Source: Candidatus Zixiibacteriota bacterium (GTDB taxonomy: Bacteria; Zixibacteria; MSB-5A5; UBA10806; 4484-95). Taken from it: DNA of 37,475 nucleotides. Under the pieces are notes generated by a model, which saw only the letters and a program-made list of their open reading frames with translations, ran no database searches and was not told the DNA's origin. Made by a program: the position numbers and the translations under genes. The stretch lies in assembly GCA_029932605.1 (NCBI GenBank), contig JAOZPT010000021.1, positions 1 through 37,475 on the forward strand, in the 5' to 3' direction. Position 1 is the stretch's first letter, and every line of letters starts with the position of its first letter. Shown in pieces: positions 27,286 to 35,358 of this stretch.

Positions 27286-30200
27286 ATGTCTGAGATAAAC
27301 AATAAGCAATATCAAATTGTTAAGAGCCTTGGCAAAGGTGGAATGGGGGAGGTTTTTGAGGTTGTGAGTTTGCATGATGGTTCAAAGAAGGCATTGAAAT
27401 TACTGCACCCAGATTTAATTACCCAGATTGATAGTTTTAAGGAAGAATTTAAAATTCTTACTCAACTTCGTCATCCATTTTTAGTCAGGGTATATGATTT
27501 TGGTATAGATATGGATGGCAGGCCTTATTTCACAATGGATTATATGCCGGGTGGTGACATATCAACCAGAGCCAAGAATATCTGTTTAGATGATTTTTAC
27601 CGTTATGCTCTAATGATACTTTCAGCTTTAGATTATATTCATTCCCGTGGTCTAATTCATGGTGATCTGAAACCATCAAACATTCTTATCGATGAGCTGG
27701 GTAACCCTAGACTTGTTGATTTTGGTATGGCTACCCATTTGAAGTCCGACAAGTCTCACCGAAAATCGGGCACTCTTGAGTTCATTTCACCAGAGGTCTT
27801 AAGTGGTGATATAATTTCTCCTAAAAGCGATCTTTATAGCTTGGGGCTTATCTTTTTCGAATTGCTGTTTGATAAACCTCTTCTGGAGGGTACAACAAGC
27901 AGTTTGCTGAAGTACAAGCTTGAAAAACAGATAAAATTACCGGACTTCCCGGAGGAAAAAGGCGGAGCTAATTTACGATCGATTATAGCTCGTTTACTTG
28001 AAAACATCCCCGAGAACAGATATAAATCTGCGGGTGAACTTATCCAGGAGATAACAGAATTATCCCAATCATTGTCAAATAGCCAGTTAGCTACAAGCCG
28101 TGACTATTTTGAAAGGGCATCATTTTGTGGCCGGAAAGCTGAAATCGACCTTTTAAAGGACTGTTTCAACTCGTTAACGAATGGCCATAACTTCGTTATA
28201 TACATCTCTGGCGAATCGGGTGTTGGTAAAAGTCGATTGGTTGAACAATTTAAATATGATGTCCAGATGGAAGGTACATCTTTTATTCAAGCAGGATGTA
28301 ATCGCACCGATAACCAACCCCTGGCTGTGATAAGCAGACTGATTGAGCAGGTCTTCACTTCTTTTGACTCCGATTATGAAAAGTACAAATCTTTAGGAAA
28401 CGAGGTTACAAAGTTATTTCCGGAATTGTTCCCTCAAGAACCAAGTGTGCCTGATTTTAATCGTGGTAAACAACGTTTATTTGATAACCTGTTTAAGTAT
28501 ATTGAGACTATATGTGAAAAAAAACGGTTAGTACTTGTAATTGAAGACCTTCAGTGGGCTGACAGCCATACTATTGAATTTTTAAATTACATCTGTGAAA
28601 TTGCTTTTGGCGATTTTAAGAGTAACAGTAATGGATTTATGCTTGTTATAACCTCACAGATAATATCTGGAGAACCTGAATGGAAATTTATATCAAAGGC
28701 TAAAAAGATTGCTTTAGGTCCCGCTGGAAAGAAACTCTGGAGAGAGTTTTTATCGAACCTCTTCGGTGATTTCAAACTACCTGAAGATTTCACAGAGAAA
28801 CTGTACCATGAAACAGGTGGCAACTTCCTGTTTGCTGAAGAATTACTAAAAAGCCTTACGGATAACGAGGTGCTTTACCGACTGGGTGGATATTGGTATT
28901 TTCACCCTGACAGGTTAGCCAAGTTCCCTTTGCCTGTAACGGTCAGAGAAGCTATAAGCAGACGCCTTTCCCGACTGGGTTTACAATTGATGGCAATTGT
29001 AGAACATGCATCAGTTCTCGAGAACTTATTTAAACCCCACGATATTTTAAGTCTTTCAGGTTTTGAAGATGACCATGAGCAGTTTTTGGATGAGCTTGTT
29101 AGGCTTAGGGTATTCAAAAGACAAAATGGTGATTTTCAGTTTTCACATAACCAGATAAGGGAAGTCGCGTATGAATTGATTCCACATACAAAGAGAATGG
29201 CTATTCACTGCAAGGCGGCAAGATATTTCGAGAAGATGAATGCAAAGCCCGAGTTTTTAGCACGTCAATATTTCGCAGGAGGAGACAGACCCAAGGCATA
29301 TAAATATCTTTGCATATCTGCTCGAAATGCTGTTTCCGTATTTGGCTGGGCTCAGGCGGCTGATTATTACGAGCAGATTTTAAAGCTTATCGAAGATTGG
29401 CCAAAAGCACCTAGGTCGGCACGTTTTGAAGCGCTAAGAGAAAAAGCGAAGTCATTAATGTATATAAACCCTAAATCTGCCCAAGATGTTTTCATCGATG
29501 TTTTAGCCCTGGTGGAAAAAACAGATGACCCAAAGAAGAACTTGACAGAAATGTTGATCTTACAGGCCGAAAATTACCAGCACCTTGGTGACAATGAGCA
29601 ATCCCGGAAGCTTTATAAGAAAGCTTTTGGTATCGGTAAAAGCTGTCAGGTTTCTTCAGACAGAGATAATCTTCTGGGAGCGGCAAGCATGGGTTTAGGT
29701 TTTGTCCTAAATAAAATGGGCAAACTTGATCAGGCTGGAAAATGGTATCTACAAGCTCTTGATTATTTCATCAATAATCCCGAGAAGTTATGCCAGGTGT
29801 TGAGTTATCTGGGAGTTCTTTACAGGAGGAAGGGCGACCTCGACGGTGCCCTGGATTATTATAACCGTTCATTGAAGGTATGTCAGGACTATCGTTATAA
29901 GTGGCCAGCGATGTATTTGTATGGTAACATAGGTAATGTTTATGCTGCCCGAAGCGACTATCAAGAAGCTCTTGATTTTTATCAGAAATCATTGAAGATA
30001 GCTTTAGAGATTTCCGATCGGCGCATTGAAGGCGTCAATCTCTTGAATATCGGTCATTCATATAATCAATTAGGCCATCAAAAAAAAGCACTTGATTACT
30101 TCAACAGGGCTTTGGTTATTCAAAAAGCTGTTGGCGACAGGGGATCTGAGGCTGTTAGTTATAATAATCTGGGGGAGACATATCTTCATCTTGGACAATT

Positions 30201-32469
30201 CAAAAGGTCGTTTGATTACTATAACAAAGGCTTGGAACTTGCCAGATCGATAAAGGAGCCCCGCATCGAACTTGCGAATTTAAGAGGGGTGGTTGATGTC
30301 TATTTAATTATTGGTGAGCTAACCAGGGCTTGTGAAGATTTAAAAACAGCTCAGGAACTGGCTGAAAAGATCACTGACAGAGAACAAAAAAATTGGGCTC
30401 TAACACTTAAAGCTGAGATTCTTTACGAACAGGATAAGTTCGATGAAGCAGAGAAAACGATTACCGAGGTTTTATCATCGGAACCTGAAGATGTTGGTAT
30501 GAAAGCCAGGTTGTTGGTAACCAGAGCTTCAATAATGATAAAAACAGGTAATATGTTATCGGCTGATAAAATAATTAGAGATATTTCGGGATTATCATTA
30601 TCTTCGGGTTTTAAGTCAACATTACACCGTATTAAGTCGGACTATTGGTTACAAAAGGGAGAAACCGGAGAGTATTTAAAGCTTGCCGAGAAAGAGATTT
30701 TACAGGCTTTACGATATGCTGATCTTTATGGCCCTGCACGAGAAAAACCGGTTTGTTATGTTATTCTTGCTAAAATTAAAAAAATCCGGGGAAACAAAAC
30801 CAGATCATATATCACTAAAGCCGAAAATTTTGCCCGAGAATTTTGTGCAGGTTTTCCTGAGGATATCCAGAGTAGGTATCTTAAAAGATTTAAATTAGAA
30901 GAAACTTTGATGGTTGCCGATCAGGAGGAATCAATGGAGAAGTCGATTAAAGAGAAAAGACTCGAAACGCTTTTTGAAGTTGCCAAAACGATAAACTCTA
31001 TACTCGAACTTGACCCGCTATTGAACCAGGTGATGGATTTAGTGTTGGGTAATTTGCGAGCAGAGCGTGGATTTATAATGTTAAAAGATAATAAAGGCAA
31101 TATCGAGCCGGTAGTAGCCAGAAACCTTGACCGCGAGAACATACCTGGTGAGCTTACCATTTCACGTTCGACTATAGATGATGTTTTTGAATCATCTCAA
31201 CCTCTTATAATAAACTGGACGCCGGAGGAAAAAACCGACCGTGAGTCAGTGGCCGATTTCCAGATTACATCGATACTGTGTGCCCCTTTAAAAGTGAAAA
31301 ATCAAGTAATAGGTATTGTGTATATTGATAACCGTTTTGATGGCCGTATCTTTGATAAGAGTGACCTTGATTTCTTGGTGAGCTTTTGCCATCTAGCAGC
31401 CATTGCCATCGAAAATGCCCGCCTGACCAGTAAGCTTACTGATCGTAATGTTTATCTTCAGAAACAGGTGGAGAAATCATCTGGTTTTGGCAATATCATC
31501 GGGCGTTCTTCGCCTATGCAAAAGGTATTCCGAATGGCTGAATCTGTCGCTGCTACCGAAGCCTCAGTCGTTATCTCGGGTGAGTCGGGCACCGGTAAAG
31601 AAGTACTTGCTCGCGCCATTCATTTTTCTGGCCCTAGGAAAAATGCTCGTTTTATACCGGTTGATTGTGGTGCTCTACCGGAATCGCTTTTGGAATCAGA
31701 GCTTTTTGGTCATAAGCGGGGTGCTTTTACAAGCGCTATCTCCGACCGTCAAGGACTGTTTGAGGTAGCCGATGGGGGTACGGTATTTTTAGATGAAATA
31801 ACAAACACTAGCCAGAATTTCCAGGTAAAACTTCTGCGCATTATTCAGGAGGGTGAATACCGTCGTGTGGGTGATACCAAAGCTCGTCGGGTTAATGTGC
31901 GCATTATCACTGCCACCAATAAAGATCTCAAGGCCGAGGTTGAGAATGGAAATTTTCGTGAGGACCTTTATTACAGGCTTAATGTTGTCAATATTCACCT
32001 ACCAGCTTTAAGGGATAGAAAGGAGGATATACCAATACTAACCGAATATTTCCTAGAGAACATCTGCAAGAAGATGAACATACCTAAAAAGTCGATTACA
32101 TCCAGGGCTATCGACTACTTGGTTAACTATCGCTGGCCTGGTAACATCCGGCAGTTGGAGAATGCCATCGAAAGGATGGTTATATTTTCAAAAGGAGATT
32201 ATATTGATTTTGCTGATATGCCTCAGGAGATCAGGTTGATGTTTGACGGCCTGCCGGCAAATAGTAAAACCAGGCTTGCAATTCCTCAAACTAAAGTTGA
32301 GTTGAAATCAGCTAAAGCACAGCTTGACAGGTTGTTTTTAGTAGGTGTAATGAAGCAGGCAAAAGGTAATGTAATGAAAGCAGCTAAGATTTCGGGAATT
32401 GATAGGACCCAACTTCATCATATGCTAAATAAATACAATATCGATGTTACGAATTTTAGGGGAAAATAA
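27286..32469 (+). CDS. Multidomain Ser/Thr kinase - STAND-like AAA ATPase - TPR - GAF - sigma54 activator AAA+ - Fis-type HTH
   Basis: Kinase: LGKGGMGEV, ALK, HGDLKPSN, DFG, SPE. STAND: FCGR..E, GESGVGKS, LVIEDLQWAD, TGGN. TPRs (e.g. YNNLGETYLHLG). GAF: SILCAPL..IGIVYID..AAIAIENARL. bEBP: GESGTGKE, ESELFGH..GAFTSA, FLDEI, FREDLYYRLNV, WPGNIRQLEN. HTH: GNVMKAAKISGIDRTQL. Confidence 0.93.
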   Translation: MSEINNKQYQIVKSLGKGGMGEVFEVVSLHDGSKKALKLLHPDLITQIDSFKEEFKILTQLRHPFLVRVYDFGIDMDGRPYFTMDYMPGGDISTRAKNICLDDFYRYALMILSALDYIHSRGLIHGDLKPSNILIDELGNPRLVDFGMATHLKSDKSHRKSGTLEFISPEVLSGDIISPKSDLYSLGLIFFELLFDKPLLEGTTSSLLKYKLEKQIKLPDFPEEKGGANLRSIIARLLENIPENRYKSAGELIQEITELSQSLSNSQLATSRDYFERASFCGRKAEIDLLKDCFNSLTNGHNFVIYISGESGVGKSRLVEQFKYDVQMEGTSFIQAGCNRTDNQPLAVISRLIEQVFTSFDSDYEKYKSLGNEVTKLFPELFPQEPSVPDFNRGKQRLFDNLFKYIETICEKKRLVLVIEDLQWADSHTIEFLNYICEIAFGDFKSNSNGFMLVITSQIISGEPEWKFISKAKKIALGPAGKKLWREFLSNLFGDFKLPEDFTEKLYHETGGNFLFAEELLKSLTDNEVLYRLGGYWYFHPDRLAKFPLPVTVREAISRRLSRLGLQLMAIVEHASVLENLFKPHDILSLSGFEDDHEQFLDELVRLRVFKRQNGDFQFSHNQIREVAYELIPHTKRMAIHCKAARYFEKMNAKPEFLARQYFAGGDRPKAYKYLCISARNAVSVFGWAQAADYYEQILKLIEDWPKAPRSARFEALREKAKSLMYINPKSAQDVFIDVLALVEKTDDPKKNLTEMLILQAENYQHLGDNEQSRKLYKKAFGIGKSCQVSSDRDNLLGAASMGLGFVLNKMGKLDQAGKWYLQALDYFINNPEKLCQVLSYLGVLYRRKGDLDGALDYYNRSLKVCQDYRYKWPAMYLYGNIGNVYAARSDYQEALDFYQKSLKIALEISDRRIEGVNLLNIGHSYNQLGHQKKALDYFNRALVIQKAVGDRGSEAVSYNNLGETYLHLGQFKRSFDYYNKGLELARSIKEPRIELANLRGVVDVYLIIGELTRACEDLKTAQELAEKITDREQKNWALTLKAEILYEQDKFDEAEKTITEVLSSEPEDVGMKARLLVTRASIMIKTGNMLSADKIIRDISGLSLSSGFKSTLHRIKSDYWLQKGETGEYLKLAEKEILQALRYADLYGPAREKPVCYVILAKIKKIRGNKTRSYITKAENFAREFCAGFPEDIQSRYLKRFKLEETLMVADQEESMEKSIKEKRLETLFEVAKTINSILELDPLLNQVMDLVLGNLRAERGFIMLKDNKGNIEPVVARNLDRENIPGELTISRSTIDDVFESSQPLIINWTPEEKTDRESVADFQITSILCAPLKVKNQVIGIVYIDNRFDGRIFDKSDLDFLVSFCHLAAIAIENARLTSKLTDRNVYLQKQVEKSSGFGNIIGRSSPMQKVFRMAESVAATEASVVISGESGTGKEVLARAIHFSGPRKNARFIPVDCGALPESLLESELFGHKRGAFTSAISDRQGLFEVADGGTVFLDEITNTSQNFQVKLLRIIQEGEYRRVGDTKARRVNVRIITATNKDLKAEVENGNFREDLYYRLNVVNIHLPALRDRKEDIPILTEYFLENICKKMNIPKKSITSRAIDYLVNYRWPGNIRQLENAIERMVIFSKGDYIDFADMPQEIRLMFDGLPANSKTRLAIPQTKVELKSAKAQLDRLFLVGVMKQAKGNVMKAAKISGIDRTQLHHMLNKYNIDVTNFRGK

Positions 32470-32512
32470 CTGTTATTTTGTTGTCATCCAATGACCGAAT
32501 AATATCTTCACC

Positions 32513-32541
32513 TTGACATAACGATTCCTCAGAAGTAATAT
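32513..32541 (+). promoter_or_regulatory. Putative sigma70 promoter for tRNA-Arg/proS
   Basis: TTGACA (32513-32518), 17 nt, TAATAT (32536-32541), 18 nt before the tRNA. Confidence 0.6.
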
Positions 32542-32559
32542 ACATTATGTTGATAAACT

Positions 32560-32632
32560 GCCCCCGTAGCTCAGGTGGATAGAGCAACGGCCTCCGGAGC
32601 CGTGTGCGGCCGTTCGAATCGGCCCGGGGGTA
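32560..32632 (+). tRNA. tRNA-Arg (anticodon CCG)
   Basis: Cloverleaf: acceptor GCCCCCG/CGGGGGT, D arm GCTC..GAGC, anticodon stem ACGGC/GCCGT with loop CTCCGGA, T arm GGCCG-TTCGAAT-CGGCC; discriminator A, CCA not encoded (CTA). Confidence 0.95.
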
Positions 32633-32751
32633 CTATGATATAAATGTGATTTTAATTTAGGGTGGTTGATTTTACAATGTTATTTAGAGCGAAAGAAAAC
32701 CAACCGATATATATAAATTGGAAATAAATTCATTAGGAGCTTGTAAAAATT

Positions 32752-34467
32752 ATGCTTTGGACTAAAACACATATTCCAACCTTGCGTGAAGATCCTGCCG
32801 ATGCCGAAATTATCTCGCATAAGTTGCTGGTGCGAGCGGGATATATCAGAAAATTAACTGCGGGTATATATAACTATTTACCTTTAATGCAGAGAACTCT
32901 CCATCGTGTTGAAAACATAGTCCGCCAGGAGATGAATGTTGCTGGCGCTATTGAGATAACCATGCCGGTTTTGCATCCAGCCGAACTCTGGCAGAAAACT
33001 GGCCGCTGGGATACTGTGGGCAAAGAACAGATGCGTATGAGAGATCGTCACCAGCATGATATGGTGCTGGGGGGCACTCATGAAGAAGTAGTAACCTGGA
33101 TTGCTCGCGGTGAGGTGAGAAGTTATCGTCAGTTGCCGTTAAATCTTTACCAGATACAGGTCAAATTCCGTGATGAAATCCGCCCTCGTTTCGGGTTGAT
33201 GAGGGGGCGAGAATTCACAATGAAAGATGCTTATTCTTTCGATGTCGATGAAGCTGGTTTGAAAATCGCTTACCGGAAGATGGCTGAAGCTTATTTCAAG
33301 ATATTTCGCCGTTGTGGCTTTGATGTCAAGATGGTTGAATCTGATGTTGGGGCTATGGGAGGTTTCGCCGCTCACGAATTTATGGTACCGGTTGAAACCG
33401 CTGGTGGTGAAGAGACTATTCTTTCATGCAGTCGATGTGATTACGCCGCCAATATCGAAAAAGCCATCTCGGTTCCACTAACCATACCTAAAACCGATGA
33501 GGAACCCAGAACCAAAGAGCTGGTATTTACACCGGGCATGAAAACTATCGAGGAGGTGACCAGTTTTTTAAAACAGCCTGCTGAAAAACTTGTGAAGACC
33601 ATGATATACCTTGCTGATGCTAAGCCGGTAGCGGTATTGATTCGTGGCGATCGCACCATCAACGAAACCAAACTTAAAAACCATCTTCGATGTCTCGAGC
33701 TTGAAATGGCGGATCCATCTACCATAATGCGTTTGACCGGTGCCCAGGTCGGTTTCACTGGACCGATTGGCCTCGATAATGTGCCTATTATCGCTGACCC
33801 CGAGATTAAAAGTATGGTGAATTTCGTAGTAGGTGCCAACAAGGATGATAGCCATATTATAAACGTCAATCTTGATGATTTCCGTATTGACGAGTATGTG
33901 GAACTCCGTCGTGCCGAGGCTGGTGAAGTATGCCCTCGTTGTGGAACAGGTCATCTGGAAGCGTATTCGGGTATAGAAGTGGGTAATCTTTTTATGCTGG
34001 GTACCAAATACTCCGAGGCATTAGGCGCTTATTTTGTGGACAAGGATGGCCAAGAGAGACCATTTGTTATGGGCTCTTACGGCATCGGTATAACCCGCAC
34101 TGCTCAAGCCGCAGTGGAGGCGTTTCATGATGATAAAGGTATCATCTGGCCCAAGGCTATTGCTCCATACGACTTTCATATAATTCCCTTGAACATGGAA
34201 AACGACCAGCATAAACAGATTGCCTTTTCTGTCATGGAGAAACTGGAAAATGCCGGCTATTCAGTTATTCTTGATGACAGAAATGAGCGTCCGGGGGTGA
34301 AGTTTAACGATGCTGACCTTATAGGCATGCCTGTTCGTATCGCTATAGGGGATAAAGGGCTTAAAGAAGGTATCGTTGAGATAGTAAGGCGTAAAGACTT
34401 ATCTGTTGAAAAAGTACCAATTGATAACACCGCCGAGAAGGCAATTGAGATTTTTAAAGAGTTGTAG
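32752..34467 (+). CDS. proS: Proline--tRNA ligase, bacterial type with INS editing domain
   Basis: ISHKLLVRAGYIR, THEE, KFRDEIRPRFGLMRGREF.MKDAYSF, LVKT insertion domain, GIEVGNLF.LGTKYS, MGSYGIG, DDR.ERPGVKFNDADLIG.P. Confidence 0.97.
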   Translation: MLWTKTHIPTLREDPADAEIISHKLLVRAGYIRKLTAGIYNYLPLMQRTLHRVENIVRQEMNVAGAIEITMPVLHPAELWQKTGRWDTVGKEQMRMRDRHQHDMVLGGTHEEVVTWIARGEVRSYRQLPLNLYQIQVKFRDEIRPRFGLMRGREFTMKDAYSFDVDEAGLKIAYRKMAEAYFKIFRRCGFDVKMVESDVGAMGGFAAHEFMVPVETAGGEETILSCSRCDYAANIEKAISVPLTIPKTDEEPRTKELVFTPGMKTIEEVTSFLKQPAEKLVKTMIYLADAKPVAVLIRGDRTINETKLKNHLRCLELEMADPSTIMRLTGAQVGFTGPIGLDNVPIIADPEIKSMVNFVVGANKDDSHIINVNLDDFRIDEYVELRRAEAGEVCPRCGTGHLEAYSGIEVGNLFMLGTKYSEALGAYFVDKDGQERPFVMGSYGIGITRTAQAAVEAFHDDKGIIWPKAIAPYDFHIIPLNMENDQHKQIAFSVMEKLENAGYSVILDDRNERPGVKFNDADLIGMPVRIAIGDKGLKEGIVEIVRRKDLSVEKVPIDNTAEKAIEIFKEL

Positions 34468-34494
34468 ATAGCATATAGTTACGTATAATTTAAT

Positions 34495-34517
34495 GTAGGG
34501 GCGTATGGCATACGCCC
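34495..34517. repeat. GTAG-type REP-like palindrome (may also act as proS terminator)
   Basis: GTAG-GGGCGTATG-G-CATACGCCC followed by TATTTT. Confidence 0.65.
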
Positions 34518-34863
34518 TATTTTGTGGTGTCAAGTAGCTTCATCCGATAGCAATACTCATCAGGTCTCCTTACATAACGGCAAACTAAAAAGATTTAACT
34601 TGACTTTTAAAGTTATATAATTTATTTATACTTAGAAGGAAGAGTATTTAAGAAAAATATCTACACTCTTTATAAAGCATATCTGGTAACTCAGGTATGT
34701 TTAGGGCAAGTGATTTTGAGAGTGTGGCATGGGGCGAAAATATTTAATAACCTCTGGTTATCATTCAGATTACCCATTTAGTAGGGGGGGTAGCTCGAGG
34801 CCCGCCACCAATACGATCTTCTCAAACCCATAAAAAGGCTGATTAAAAACAAGGAGGATAATA

Positions 34864-35307
34864 ATGTGGCGGTTTTTTTTAGTAGTTGTAATTGCTGGGC
34901 TTTTCCTGGTTTTGTTTTTTGGTAATGATAATTGTGCCTATGCAGGATGTAAGGCATATGCCAGCTGTTCGGCAGATGATGATTATGGAAGTAACCCTTT
35001 GTGCCAGGATGGCCCTTATACGCCATGTAACTGGATTGTAAAATGGTATATATCGTTCCATAGGACAATGAATACTAATGGTTCAACAACATTACAATAT
35101 AGTTTAGCAGGATGTAACCTTTTATTCAATTTTGATTCACAGGACTATGCTGCTGGTCAAGACCATGAATGCTGGGGTTATGAGGATTGTGAACCATCAG
35201 GTACACATACTCTAAGATTACTTAAAAATGGACAAGGTGGACATTTTACAGATATTTTCGTTTCCGCAACTTACTATGCAAGTAAACCAGAAGGCGGTGA
35301 AGAGTAG
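34864..35307 (+). CDS. Small secreted cysteine-rich hypothetical protein
   Basis: AAGGAGG RBS; signal peptide with probable AYA/G cleavage; 7 Cys in the predicted mature region. Confidence 0.75.
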   Translation: MWRFFLVVVIAGLFLVLFFGNDNCAYAGCKAYASCSADDDYGSNPLCQDGPYTPCNWIVKWYISFHRTMNTNGSTTLQYSLAGCNLLFNFDSQDYAAGQDHECWGYEDCEPSGTHTLRLLKNGQGGHFTDIFVSATYYASKPEGGEE

Positions 35308-35315
35308 TATAATAT

Positions 35316-35338
35316 CCCCCCGGACAAAACCCGGGGGG
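35316..35338 (+). other. GC-rich intercistronic stem-loop without U-tract
   Basis: CCCCCCGG-ACAAAAC-CCGGGGGG between the two secreted-protein genes. Confidence 0.7.
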
Positions 35339-35358
35339 TGATTCTTATGGAGAATAAC

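Noticed and set aside
748..34212. Many short minus-strand and alternate-frame ORFs in the track (e.g. 15806..16273, 25904..26311, 33441..33869)
   Set aside because: They overlap well-supported + strand genes and show no recognisable motifs; shadow ORFs.
34725..34740. Sigma54 -24/-12 promoter (TGGCAT...), also checked near 147, 17085 and 17125
   Set aside because: No GC at the required 10-nt spacing after GG in any case.
34781..34810. tRNA-like fragment GGGGGGGTAGCTC...CCCGCCACCA as a tRNA or att site
   Set aside because: Only about 27 nt, no T or anticodon arm, no match to the tRNA-Arg 3' end, and no integrase nearby.
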